Origin: Thermoplasmata archaeon
GTDB taxonomy: Archaea; Thermoplasmatota; Thermoplasmata; UBA10834
Assembly (NCBI GenBank): GCA_041554135.1
Contig: JBFFML010000003.1
Coordinates: forward strand, 2,858-66,857
Length of the DNA stretch: 64,000 bases
Reading direction: 5' to 3'
Each line of letters starts with the position of its first letter. Position 1 is the first letter of the stretch. The notes beneath the pieces are model-generated. The model ran no database searches. It was not told the DNA's origin and was given only the letters and a program-made list of their open reading frames with translations. A program made the translations under genes and the position numbers. Of the stretch, positions 8,402 to 17,642 are shown piece after piece.

Positions 8402-9691
8402 ATGCAGGCCATACAAGATATCATCTCGAGGAACGCCTCCGGCGACGCGGTCGGCATCCGAGGCTGGATATACCGCACACGAAGCAGCGGAGGGATAGTC
8501 TTCGTCATCGTCAGGGACTCCTCGGGAGTCCTACAGGCGACCGTCAAGAAGGGGGAGGTTCCGGACGCCGACTTCGAAGCCGCGTCACAGGCGGGCATAG
8601 AGTCGTCGGTCGAGATCGAGGGGACGTTGGCGGAGGACAAGCGCGCGCCCGGGGGGTTCGAGGTGCGGGCGAGCACATTCCGCGTGATAGGCTCGTCGGA
8701 ACCGTTCCCGATAACGGAGTATCAGAGCACCGAGCTACTGCTGGACAAGCGACATCTGTGGATACGGTCCCGCGAGCAGACGGCCGTGACGAAGGTGAAG
8801 GCGGCGCTCGTCAAAGGCGCGAGGAAGTGGTTCGACGAGAACGGCTACATCGAGGTGACGCCGCCGATCGTGACTGGCGTGGCGCCTGAGGACAGCACGA
8901 CGTTGTTCCAGCTGAAGTACTTCGACAGGATGGCGTACCTGTCGCAGAGCGCTCAGTTCTACCTCGAATCACTGATATTCTCCTGCGAGAGGGTATGGTC
9001 CATGACCCCGTCGTTCAGGGCTGAGAAGTCCAGGACCCCCAGGCATCTCGCGGAGTACTGGCATATCGAGATGGAGGCCGCATGGCTCGATAACGAGGGC
9101 AACATGAGTGTCCAGGAGGGACTGGTGTCCTCCATGTTGGAGTGCGCTGTGAGCGAACGTCCCACCGAGCTGGAGTTCCTGGGGCGCGACCCCGCGTCGC
9201 TGAAGAAGATCGTGCCGCCCTTCGACCGCATGTCCTACGCGGAGGCGATGGACGTGCTCCGGAAGCGCGGCTTCGAGACGGATTGGGGGGCCGACCTCGG
9301 TGCGGTGGAGGAGCGCGAGCTGACCAAGGAGAGCGACATGCCGCTGTTCGTCGTCAACTACCCCAAAGAGCTGAAACCGTTCTACATGAAGGAGAACCCT
9401 GACGACCCGAGGACATACAAGAACAGCGACCTCCTGGCGCCCGAGGGCTTCGGGGAGATAGTCGGGGGGAGCGAGAGGGAGACCGATAACGCGCTGATCA
9501 TGGAGAGACTGCGCGACATCGGGGAGAGCTTCGACAACTACGAGTGGTACCTCGACCTCAGGAGATACGGCTCCGTCCCGCACTCCGGCTTCGGCCTCGG
9601 GCTCGAGAGGATCACCACCTGGGTCTGCAAGCTCGACCATATAAGGGACGCGATCCCGTTCCCCCGGACCGTCGCGAGGGTCTATCCGTAG
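8402..9691 (+). CDS. aspS: aspartyl-tRNA synthetase (archaeal type)
   Basis: MQAIQDIISRNASGDAVGIRGWIYRTRSSGGIVFVIVRDSSGVLQ... has an OB anticodon-binding domain followed by a class II core (FRAEKSRTPRHLAEYWHIEME, GSERE, GFGLGLERI). The TATA-like ctTATATcc at 8369-8378 sits about 28 nt upstream of the ATG at 8402, so the transcript is probably leaderless. Confidence 0.9.
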   Translation: MQAIQDIISRNASGDAVGIRGWIYRTRSSGGIVFVIVRDSSGVLQATVKKGEVPDADFEAASQAGIESSVEIEGTLAEDKRAPGGFEVRASTFRVIGSSEPFPITEYQSTELLLDKRHLWIRSREQTAVTKVKAALVKGARKWFDENGYIEVTPPIVTGVAPEDSTTLFQLKYFDRMAYLSQSAQFYLESLIFSCERVWSMTPSFRAEKSRTPRHLAEYWHIEMEAAWLDNEGNMSVQEGLVSSMLECAVSERPTELEFLGRDPASLKKIVPPFDRMSYAEAMDVLRKRGFETDWGADLGAVEERELTKESDMPLFVVNYPKELKPFYMKENPDDPRTYKNSDLLAPEGFGEIVGGSERETDNALIMERLRDIGESFDNYEWYLDLRRYGSVPHSGFGLGLERITTWVCKLDHIRDAIPFPRTVARVYP

Positions 9692-9702
9692 ATGGGCCGT
9701 CC

Positions 9703-10776
9703 TCACCGGCCAGCCATTCTCGTGCAGTATTCCCTGTAGACGTCGACCGCCCTGGGTATGCTCGACACGTCGACCCACTCGTCGATCATGTGCGCTTGAG
9801 TGGGCTCGCCCGGCCCGCATACCATCAGCGTCGAGTTGTCCTGCTTGAACATGACCATCTCTGTCGCGTACGGCACGCTCAGGACGCGCGCGTCTTCGCC
9901 AACGACCTCCCTGAGGGCGCCGACGGCTGGCAGTCCCGGGTCCGTCTCGACGGGTTCCAGGAGGTGCATGACCTTCAGCTCGTATCGCAGGTCCCCAAGC
10001 CGCTCCTTCACGGCTTCGAGCAGGTCCTCTCCCGTCGTGTCCGGGGGGAATCTCGAATCCAGCTGCGCCTCGCACGCGTCGGGTATGACGTTCACCTGCG
10101 TGCCCCCACTTATCACATCCACGCACAGCGTGAGCTCCTCCGCGGGGTTGTCAGGCACCTTCAGGAGGCCCTCGATCCTCCCGAGTGCAGACATCATGTT
10201 CAGGATGGCGTTCTCTCCCAGGGTGGGCATGCTCGCGTGCGCGCTCTTCCCCGAGGTGCGTATGGAGAACTGGATCAGCCCCTTCTCACGGACCACTATG
10301 TCGAAGTCCGTGGGCTCGGCGACGACCACCGCCGGCGCGTCCTTGAGGAGATGCGCGCGGGCCACCGCGAGCGCGCCGTTCATGGTTATCTCCTCGTCGA
10401 GCGTGAGGCAGACGGAGAAGGGCACATCGTCCCGTGCTAGTCTCTCAGCGGCCAGCAGTATCGCCGCGCACCCAGCCTTCATGTCGCAAGTCCCGCGACC
10501 GTACATCCTGCCGTCGGCCATCTCCCCCTGCTCCTTGGTCCAGCCGCTCCCCAGCGGGACGGTGTCCAGGTGACCGGAGAGGACGACGCCGCCCTCGCCA
10601 TGGCTCGCGAATATCGCCGGCTTGTCGGCGTCGCCGTACTCCTCGGGCTCAAGGCCGATCCTGGCCAGCCGCTCCGAGACGAACCTCGCGAGCGGCAGCG
10701 CGTCGTCCCCCTCGGAACTCGCATGGAGGACGAGGTCCCTGAGCAGCGTCTCCGCCTCTTTCAGCAGTCCGCTCAC
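9703..10776 (-). CDS. M20-family peptidase (ArgE/DapE-like deacylase)
   Basis: GHLDTVP..., ...GRGTCDMKAG... and the C-terminal dimerisation region match M20. The start is a GTG at 10776 (GGGGAAGAG-GTG) overlapping the upstream gene's TGA. The track ORF extends further 5' only through spurious read-through. Confidence 0.7.
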   Translation of the reverse strand: MSGLLKEAETLLRDLVLHASSEGDDALPLARFVSERLARIGLEPEEYGDADKPAIFASHGEGGVVLSGHLDTVPLGSGWTKEQGEMADGRMYGRGTCDMKAGCAAILLAAERLARDDVPFSVCLTLDEEITMNGALAVARAHLLKDAPAVVVAEPTDFDIVVREKGLIQFSIRTSGKSAHASMPTLGENAILNMMSALGRIEGLLKVPDNPAEELTLCVDVISGGTQVNVIPDACEAQLDSRFPPDTTGEDLLEAVKERLGDLRYELKVMHLLEPVETDPGLPAVGALREVVGEDARVLSVPYATEMVMFKQDNSTLMVCGPGEPTQAHMIDEWVDVSSIPRAVDVYREYCTRMAGR

Positions 10777-11814
10777 CTCTTCCCCGTACCCTTCGATATG
10801 TGCGCTGCCAGCTTGACGAGGAGGCGGGACATGTCCCTGACATCCTTCAGGCTGGCGCACTCCGTCGGCGCGTGCGTATACTTCATCGGTATGCCCAGCG
10901 GCATCGCGAGCGCGCCGAACTCCTGTATCGCCGCGCCGTCGGTCGCGCCGCCCCCGGAGCCGCATTGGAGCGGTATCTTGTTCTTCCCCGCGACCTCCTC
11001 GACGAGCCTCCTCAGCTTCGGCGACGCAATGGCTGCGCTGTCGAACATCCTCATCGCGGGGCCACCGCCGATGAGTATCTTCTCGTACGTGTCGCCCTGC
11101 ATCGGCCCGTCGGTCGTTGTCATGGTGTCCACCGCGAAAACGTAGTCGGGCCTTAGCGTGAAACCTATGACCTTGGCGCCGCGCAGGCCTATCTCCTCCT
11201 GCACGCTCCACGCGAAGGTCAGCCTCGCGGGCAGGCCCATGCCCTTGACCTGGTCAAGGGCATCGAGCAACACGGCACAGCCAGCGCGGTCGTCCACGCC
11301 TCTGGAGCAGATCACGTCCTTCCCGATGTACGAGATGTCCTTCTTGAGCACCATCGGGTCGAGCACTCGTATCCCGAGCCTCTCCGTCTCCTTCCTGCTC
11401 CTCGTGCCGACGTCCACCCTGACATCCTCCCAGCTGACGACCTTCTTCCTGTCGTCGTTCTCAGTCATCAGATGCGGTGGTTTCAGCCCGAGCACGCCGG
11501 TGACCGTGCCTTTCGCCGTCTTGATCTCCACGACCCTGCCGACGAGCGTGCGGTCGTCTATGCCCCCAACCTTCCGTATCCGGAGCGAACCGTCGTCCTC
11601 CATCTTCGTGACGACGAGGCCGAGTTCGTCCATGTGTGCGACGAACACTATGTGCGGCCCCTCCGAGCCCACCGTCGTCAGGAGGTTGCCTATGTTGTCC
11701 TCCTCGACTTCGCAGCCCATCGCCTCGACCTTGGCCCTTATGTGTTCCCTTATGTCGTCCTCGTAGCCGGATACCCCGGGTATCCGTATCATCTCCTCGA
11801 TCATCTCTCTCATC
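10773..11814 (-). CDS. M42-family aminopeptidase (FrvX/TET-like)
   Basis: MREMIEEMIRIPGVSGYEDDIREHI...FVAHMDELGLVV...GRGVDDRAGCAVLLDAL... matches M42. The ATG start at 11814 overlaps the upstream gene's stop. This is a second M42 copy in the window, the first being at 1-476. Confidence 0.75.
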
Positions 11815-12958
11815 TTCGTTCCCTCCTGACGAAAGGCGTATCGACTATCTCCGCGGGCACCGTGTTGTCCCTGATGCGCACGCTCACCTCCGTTCCCAGG
11901 TCCGCGCAGTCGAAAGGCACGTAGCCAAGGGCTATCCCCTCCTTCAGCACCGGGGAGAGCGTCCCGCTCGTGACCTTGCCGATGACGGTTGAGCCGGAGA
12001 CGATGTCGTAGCTGTGCCTGGGCACCCCTCGCCCCTTCATCCTGATGCCGACCAGCTTCGGATACCCGCCCGCGAGGCGCTGTCGGGCGACGGCCTCCCT
12101 GCCTATGAAGTCGTGTCCCTCCTTGACGACCCATGGCGGCCCTGTCTGAAGCGGCGTCTGCGACCCGTCGAAATCCGTGCCGGATAGGAGCAGCCCCTTC
12201 TCCAGCCTGAGGGTGTCGCGCGCCCCGAGGCCGACCGGACGCAGCCCATGCTCCTTGCCGCGTGTCAGCAGCTCGTTCCACACCGCCACGGCCGAGGGAT
12301 TCTCGCACACGACCTCGAACCCGTCCTCGCCCGTGTAACCCGTGCGGGACAGGAACGCTGGTACACCGCGTCCCCCTTCACTCCCTCGGCCGGCGAGCAG
12401 AGGGGTGGCTGGCTCCGATGCTCGCTCCACGCGGTCTAGCTCGGCGAACGTGGCCCAGAACGGGCCGACGGACGATAGGTCTGCCGCCGTCAGCTCGGCG
12501 AGCGCGGACGCGGCGGTCGGTCCCTGGACCGCGATCGCGGACAACGCGTCCGAGAGGTCGAGCACCTCCGCCCCCTCCGAGTGCTCGACGATCCACCTGA
12601 GCATCCTCGGCGTGGTGGCAGCGTTCGGGACGACGAGGAACTCATGGTCGCCCAGCCTCGTGACGATCGTGTCATCCAGGATCCTCCCGTCCTCGTCGAG
12701 GATGTGGGAGTAGACGCACCGGCCCACGGGGGCGGACGCGACATCGTTGGTCATCAGACGCTCCATCGCCGCCTCAGCCCCGTCGCCCCTTACTATGACG
12801 TCACCCATGTGCGATACGTCGAACGCGCCGCAGCGTGACCTTACGGTCATGTGCTCGTCGATTATGGACCCGTATTGCAGCGGCATGTCCCAGCCGGCGA
12901 AGGGCATCATCCTGGCTCGGAGGGAGAGGTGCTCTGAGTGCAGCGGTGTCTCCTTCAT
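11810..12958 (-). CDS. gcvT: glycine cleavage system T protein (aminomethyltransferase)
   Basis: MKETPLHSEHLSLRARMMPFAGWDMPLQYGSIIDEHMTVRSRCGAFDVSHMG... is the canonical GcvT N-terminus, followed by the folate-binding and C-terminal barrel regions. Confidence 0.8.
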   Translation of the reverse strand: MKETPLHSEHLSLRARMMPFAGWDMPLQYGSIIDEHMTVRSRCGAFDVSHMGDVIVRGDGAEAAMERLMTNDVASAPVGRCVYSHILDEDGRILDDTIVTRLGDHEFLVVPNAATTPRMLRWIVEHSEGAEVLDLSDALSAIAVQGPTAASALAELTAADLSSVGPFWATFAELDRVERASEPATPLLAGRGSEGGRGVPAFLSRTGYTGEDGFEVVCENPSAVAVWNELLTRGKEHGLRPVGLGARDTLRLEKGLLLSGTDFDGSQTPLQTGPPWVVKEGHDFIGREAVARQRLAGGYPKLVGIRMKGRGVPRHSYDIVSGSTVIGKVTSGTLSPVLKEGIALGYVPFDCADLGTEVSVRIRDNTVPAEIVDTPFVRRERR

Positions 12959-13029
12959 ACGGCGGCCATAATGATGATATCTATCCAAAAGCTTTGGCAA
13001 GCGCGCGCCCGCTCAGGCACGCGTGGCCG

Positions 13030-13599
13030 TCACCGGTACTGGTCGATGAGGCTCGTGAGGTCCTTCTCCAACGCGACACTCATCGCCGGCTGCTCGATGA
13101 CCTCGACGTTGCGCTCCAGCAGCGCGAGCTCCTTCTCGCTGAACGCGCTGGGGCTGATGGGTATGAGCACGGTCGACTTGCTCTGCATGACCTGCTCGTT
13201 GACGTGCTCCATGAACCGCAGCACCTGCTGGAAGCCGTTGTTGATCACGAGGTACTCCAGCCCGTCGATGATCACCATCGCCTTCTCGTAGCGCTCTATG
13301 AACGACGATATGATGGTGGCCAGCGTGCCTATGCTGGTCGGGTTGTGGTGGTTCTCGCCCGGTGTGTGGCTGAGCCATATCACGCGCGTGTCGCCGAGGC
13401 TGAAGGTCTCCTTCAACTTGTCCGGGAACTGCCGGGTCACGCACAGCCCCGGCACGCCGTCGGACACCTCGTTCTCGAAAAGTGCGAACGCGAGGAACGG
13501 CTTGCGCTCTCTGACTATGTAGCAGAGTCCCTGCTCAAGGTCGACAAGTTCCAGTGGGCTGTCGTCTTCGTTCAATCCGACCCTTTCCTCGCCTGTCAT
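13030..13599 (-). CDS. hypothetical protein, possibly DUF835 family
   Basis: LCVTRQFPDKL...VIWLSHTPGE...AMVIIDGLEYLVINNGFQQVLRFMEHV...STVLIPISPSAFSEKELALLERN resembles the pattern I remember for archaeal DUF835 proteins, which I could not verify. It overlaps the 3' end of orc1. Confidence 0.35.
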   Translation of the reverse strand: MTGEERVGLNEDDSPLELVDLEQGLCYIVRERKPFLAFALFENEVSDGVPGLCVTRQFPDKLKETFSLGDTRVIWLSHTPGENHHNPTSIGTLATIISSFIERYEKAMVIIDGLEYLVINNGFQQVLRFMEHVNEQVMQSKSTVLIPISPSAFSEKELALLERNVEVIEQPAMSVALEKDLTSLIDQYR

Positions 13600-13663
13600 C
13601 GGGACAGAAGCGGCGTTATATAAACGTGCCCCACGATGTCCGGAATCAGACTGCTGGCGATGC

Positions 13664-14833
13664 TCATTCTTCGCCATCCAAGACCATAGATACCTTCTGC
13701 TCGAGCACCTTCGCCGGGATGTCCAAGAGTTTGATGACGGTCGTCTTGCCTGATATGCCGGGGCCGCTCTTCTTGGCGCTCACGAGGCCGAGCGTGTCGA
13801 GATCCTTCATCAGCCCCCAGAAGGCCGTGTGCGCCCTCGGCTTCTCGCCCCGCTCCTCGCACGCCACCCTGTACGCCGTCTCCACCTCCCTGGTGGTGAC
13901 GAACGCCTTGCCCTTGGAGCTGCGCGCGATCGCGAGCAGCGTGAGCCTCTGATGGCGGTCGAGGTCGGTCAGCTTCGACTCCGTTATCGAACTGTACGCC
14001 TCCGCCTTGGCGCCTCTCACATGCTCGACGGACACCTCATCCGAGCCCTCCTCGTCGGCGAGCATGCCGGCCTTCTCAAGGATCTCTATCGCGAACCTGG
14101 CATCGCCCCACTCGGACGCCACCTCCGCGACGAGGTCGACGACGTCCTCGCCGACCGCCCCCTCCTGGAACGCCAGCTCGCCCCTCTGCGCCACTATGTC
14201 GCGCAGCTCGTCGCAGCTGTACTTGCCGAACTCGACCACGTTCGTCCGCTTGAAGGTGCTCGCGGACGCCGCGTCCATTAGGTCGAGGACGTTCTTCTGG
14301 GAGATCAGTATGAGCGATATGTGCTCCCTCCCCTCCACCTTCTCCTCGCCGAAGCGCGTGAGCTTGTATATGATGTCGGGCCCAGCCTTCTTCAGCAGCA
14401 CGTCCGCCTCGTCCAGGACGATCACGAGGTGCACCTTCCTCTTCTCGAGGTCCTTGCGCAGTATGCGCAGCATCTCCGTGATCGAGAACCCCCTGTCCGG
14501 GAAGTTCGGTTGGAAATGGTTCACCACCTGGAGGACGACGCTCGACTCGCTGTTCCTCTGCCTGCAGTTCACTATCGTCCAGTCGATGGCCTTCTGGTGC
14601 TTCTCGCCGTACTCCTTGAGGTCGATGCAGAACCGCTTGGAGGTGGCCGTCTTCCCCGTCCCGACGCTGCCCGTGAGGACCGCGTTCTGCGAGAAGTTGG
14701 AGTCGAGGACAGGCCTGAAGAGCATGATGAGCTTCTTCATCTGCTCATCCCTGTGCACCAGCTTGGGCGGCACGTAGTCGAACGAGAGCGCCCTCTGGTC
14801 CTTGAATACGCTCTTGCCTATGGTGTCCCACAT
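13664..14833 (-). CDS. orc1: Orc1/Cdc6 replication initiator
   Basis: SFDYVPPKLVHRDEQMKKL...LTGSVGTGKTATSKRF (Walker A), VIVLDEADVL (Walker B) and a C-terminal winged helix (LTLLAIARSSKGKAFVTTREVETAYRV) are all present. Confidence 0.9.
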   Translation of the reverse strand: MWDTIGKSVFKDQRALSFDYVPPKLVHRDEQMKKLIMLFRPVLDSNFSQNAVLTGSVGTGKTATSKRFCIDLKEYGEKHQKAIDWTIVNCRQRNSESSVVLQVVNHFQPNFPDRGFSITEMLRILRKDLEKRKVHLVIVLDEADVLLKKAGPDIIYKLTRFGEEKVEGREHISLILISQKNVLDLMDAASASTFKRTNVVEFGKYSCDELRDIVAQRGELAFQEGAVGEDVVDLVAEVASEWGDARFAIEILEKAGMLADEEGSDEVSVEHVRGAKAEAYSSITESKLTDLDRHQRLTLLAIARSSKGKAFVTTREVETAYRVACEERGEKPRAHTAFWGLMKDLDTLGLVSAKKSGPGISGKTTVIKLLDIPAKVLEQKVSMVLDGEE

Positions 14834-15012
14834 ACGTCTCAGCCTGGCCAGCTCTCGCTAACGACTTCTCCGTATTTTAAACGATTTGCACGCCTCGTCC
14901 GCCGTCGGCGGCAGGGCAAACGATTTATCCTAATATAGCGGTCGAAGGGCACGGTGGTACAACGTCTTCTGACGACGACCTGGTCAACTCGCTCATCAAG
15001 GGCACGAAGACC

Positions 15013-15309
15013 ATGCTCAGCTCGGAGACGATACTGATCGAGGCCGTGCACGACCTCGTGCGGGACGAAGTCAAGAGGCACATAAGGCAGAAGATCGACC
15101 AGGATCCAGAGCTGAAGAAGGAACTCACGGACGCCGTGAGGATGTTGATGGACGCGAAGATCCATGAGGCCATCGCCGTGCTGAGGCTCGCGAAGGGCGG
15201 GGCGAAACTCGGACTCGCCATGGTTCCGCCAGAGCTCAGGAAGGAGATGGGACAGGAGCTCGTCAGCATGTTCGAGCAAGAAGTCGGCAAGATGCTCGAA
15301 CACGATTAG
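15013..15309 (+). CDS. hypothetical protein (98 aa)
   Basis: MLSSETILIEAVHDLVRDEVKRHIRQKIDQDPELKKELTDAVRMLMDAK... has coding-like codon usage and is followed by a GCCGAAgccgTTCGGC hairpin (15309-15324). I recognise no family. Confidence 0.35.
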   Translation: MLSSETILIEAVHDLVRDEVKRHIRQKIDQDPELKKELTDAVRMLMDAKIHEAIAVLRLAKGGAKLGLAMVPPELRKEMGQELVSMFEQEVGKMLEHD

Positions 15310-15324
15310 CCGAAGCCGTTCGGC
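15309..15324 (+). terminator. short GC hairpin immediately 3' of the 15013-15309 ORF
   Basis: GCCGAA-gccg-TTCGGC is a perfect 6-bp stem. No oligo-T follows. Confidence 0.2.
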
Positions 15325-15427
15325 TACGCTGGTCAGGCGCTCGGGGCCGCGTCCGCGGTCTGGGCACGCGTGCCAAGTCCCAGTCAGCACCAGGACCGCA
15401 CGGTCGTGGCGCCCGAAGCCGGCAGCT

Positions 15428-15739
15428 TCAGCCGAACAGGGCGCTCAGGCCGGCTGCGGCTTCCTCTTCCGAGACCTTCTCTTCCTTCTTCTCCTCTTTC
15501 TTCTCTTCCTTCTTGTCTTCAGGTCCCGCGGCAGCAGGTGCCTGCGGAGCAGCAGCGGGTGCGGCTATGGCCGTGGCGATCGCCTCGTCGATGTCGACGC
15601 CCTCGAGTGCGGCGGTCAACGCCTTCACCCGGGCGGAGTCGACCTCGACGCCAGCTGACTTCAGTACTTTCGTGATGCTCTCCTCTGTCACGGGCTTCTT
15701 CGCCGCATGCAGGACCATTGCGCTGTACACATACTCCAT
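15428..15739 (-). CDS. rpl12: 50S ribosomal protein L12 (P1 stalk protein)
   Basis: [54 protein letters not shown]... has a K/E-rich linker and the C-terminal [13 protein letters not shown]. Confidence 0.9.
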   Translation of the reverse strand: MEYVYSAMVLHAAKKPVTEESITKVLKSAGVEVDSARVKALTAALEGVDIDEAIATAIAAPAAAPQAPAAAGPEDKKEEKKEEKKEEKVSEEEAAAGLSALFG

Positions 15740-15761
15740 TCCTATGCCTCCTTCTATCAGA

Positions 15762-16781
15762 TTATCCGAACAGGGCGCTCAGGCCGGCCGCGGCCTCCTC
15801 CTCGGAGACCTTCTCGTCGTCCTTCTTGTCCTTGTCGTCCTTCTTCCCGCCCTCGGCGTCGGGCTTCTTATCGTCCTTGGCAGGCGCCGCTGGGGCGCTG
15901 CTGAGCGCGGACTTGAGCTCATCGTCGAGCGCGTCCGGCGCCCTCGACGCGAGGGAAAGCATCTGCGCCCTCGCCTTCGCGAGGGCCAGCTTGACCGTCT
16001 CGCTGTTCAGCACGCCCGCGTTCACGGCCAGGCCCAGCGCGCTGGAGTGCGCTTTCGCGAGGAGCGGTCTTATCGAGACCTCCGTCGGGTGTCCTATGAA
16101 CACCGAGAGGTTCAACGCGCCCGCGGCCGCGAACCGGACCTTGCCGAGGTACGCCGCGTCGTCGACTTCGAGCACGTCCTTGGCGAACACGGTCCCGTCC
16201 TCGAACGCCGCGCGCAGGTCGAGACCGACTGTGATAGGGAATATCTCCAACTTCGAGAGCACGAGCGCCACCTCCCTGGATATCTCGTCGCCCTCCTTGA
16301 CGAGGACCTTGTCCCGCTTGACCACGACCTTGCCCTGCTCGATGGCGGCCGGGATGCCAGCCTTCTGAAGGTCGCCGACTATGGGCCCTGGCTTGAACGG
16401 CGTGTCGCCGGCCTTGATCTCGATGTCCTCGGGACTGGTCTCGCCGCCCTTGGCGGGCATCTTCGTCTTTGTGGCGTCCAGCTGCTTGAACAGCCTGAAC
16501 GGGTTCAGCTCCGAGGTCACGATCGCGCACTGTCCGTCGACCGCGCCCGCGAGCTCCTCGATGCCCTTCCTCTTCTTGCCAGCCTCCTGCAGGGCGAGCC
16601 GGACGAGGGAGTTCTTCAACATGGTTATCTGCGCCTTGTCCCTGAGGTTGGAGCGCATAGTCTGGAACGCTGGCGCAGGGATGCCCTTGACGTCTATTAT
16701 GCCCACGACCTTGCTGGTCTCCAGCCGCGATGCCAGATTGGCGACCGCGTCCTTCTTCCATTGGGCGACATGCGCCGTCAT
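15762..16781 (-). CDS. rpl10: 50S ribosomal protein L10 (P0)
   Basis: The N-terminal L10 domain ([38 protein letters not shown]) is followed by a stalk C-terminus identical to that of L12 ([15 protein letters not shown]). Confidence 0.9.
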   Translation of the reverse strand: MTAHVAQWKKDAVANLASRLETSKVVGIIDVKGIPAPAFQTMRSNLRDKAQITMLKNSLVRLALQEAGKKRKGIEELAGAVDGQCAIVTSELNPFRLFKQLDATKTKMPAKGGETSPEDIEIKAGDTPFKPGPIVGDLQKAGIPAAIEQGKVVVKRDKVLVKEGDEISREVALVLSKLEIFPITVGLDLRAAFEDGTVFAKDVLEVDDAAYLGKVRFAAAGALNLSVFIGHPTEVSIRPLLAKAHSSALGLAVNAGVLNSETVKLALAKARAQMLSLASRAPDALDDELKSALSSAPAAPAKDDKKPDAEGGKKDDKDKKDDEKVSEEEAAAGLSALFG

Positions 16782-16782
16782 C

Positions 16783-17421
16783 TCAGATCACCTTGAACGA
16801 CGGGCCCATCGTCGTCTTGACATAGGCCGAGCGGATGTTCTGCTTGCCTCTCTCCAGCTTCGTGGTGATCCTCCCAAGGACGACGTCGATGTTCTCCGCG
16901 AGGTGCTCCGGGGGCATGTCCTTCGCCCCGATGGGCAGGTGGAACGTCAGCTTGTCCCTGGTCCTGACGGTCACGCTCGTCCTCAGCTTCTGTATGACGG
17001 GCCCAGGGTCGGAGCCCGGCGGTATCGGCTTCGGCATCTTGCCCCTGGGAGCCAGTATTATACCCAGGCGCTTGCCGATGGTAGGCATCAACGGCGCCTC
17101 GGCGACGAAATAGTCGCTCGAGCGGGCGAACTTGCGCGCTTTGGCCTTGTCGCCCGCAAGGTCCTCTATGTCCTCGGGCTGGACGACCACGTCGGCGACG
17201 CCTTTCGCCTTCACGGCCATCTCGGAACCCCCGAACACGCCCACCTTGACCTGCTTCCCCCGTCCGTGAGGCAGGACGATGTCCTCCTGGATACGATTCT
17301 TGGGGTTCGACAGGTCTATGTCCTTCAGGTTGATCGCGAGCTCGACAGTCTCGAGAAAATTGCGCTTCTTCGATTCCGCCTGAAGCTTCTTGATTACATC
17401 GATAAGCCGCTGGTCAGTCAC
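16783..17421 (-). CDS. rpl1: 50S ribosomal protein L1
   Basis: MTDQRLIDVIKKLQAESKKRNFLETVELAINLKDIDLSNPKNR... is a GTG start, with GGAGGG 7 nt upstream. A TATA-like CTTATAAA (17500-17508) lies about 80 nt upstream. Confidence 0.9.
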   Translation of the reverse strand: MTDQRLIDVIKKLQAESKKRNFLETVELAINLKDIDLSNPKNRIQEDIVLPHGRGKQVKVGVFGGSEMAVKAKGVADVVVQPEDIEDLAGDKAKARKFARSSDYFVAEAPLMPTIGKRLGIILAPRGKMPKPIPPGSDPGPVIQKLRTSVTVRTRDKLTFHLPIGAKDMPPEHLAENIDVVLGRITTKLERGKQNIRSAYVKTTMGPSFKVI

Positions 17422-17499
17422 TTCGTATCCCTCCGGTGTAGTCCGTGCGAGCGCTTGGCTCTCCTACATTCCTAGGGAAGTGAGCGAATGCGGCGGTTG

Positions 17500-17508
17500 T
17501 TTATAAGC
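17500..17508 (-). promoter_or_regulatory. TATA-like box upstream of rpl1 (own promoter, about 50-nt leader)
   Basis: tttataag/cttataaa lies between rpl1 and the divergent nox gene. Confidence 0.35.
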
Positions 17509-17642
17509 CTTTTGGGCCCCCCTCCCGCCGTGCTGGCTGTATCTTTGGCCACTGGAGCGACCGCACTCGTCGTCGACCGGTTGGGAATGATTTAACCGCA
17601 TTAAACGCAATCCCCTTCGGTCTGCATAGGGAGGAACCACTC

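Noticed and set aside
9703-12308. Very long track ORFs 9703-11211 and 10773-12308 on the minus strand
   Set aside because: Only their 3' portions are real genes (M20 9703-10776 and M42 10773-11814). The 5' extensions run through the upstream genes in other frames (Arg/Gly-rich junk) because stop codons are rare in this GC-rich DNA.
15428-15815. Near-identical 50-nt DNA repeat at the 3' ends of rpl12 and rpl10
   Set aside because: This is expected: P0 and P1 share the same C-terminal stalk peptide ([13 protein letters not shown]), and concerted evolution of this tail is well known. It is not a mobile repeat.
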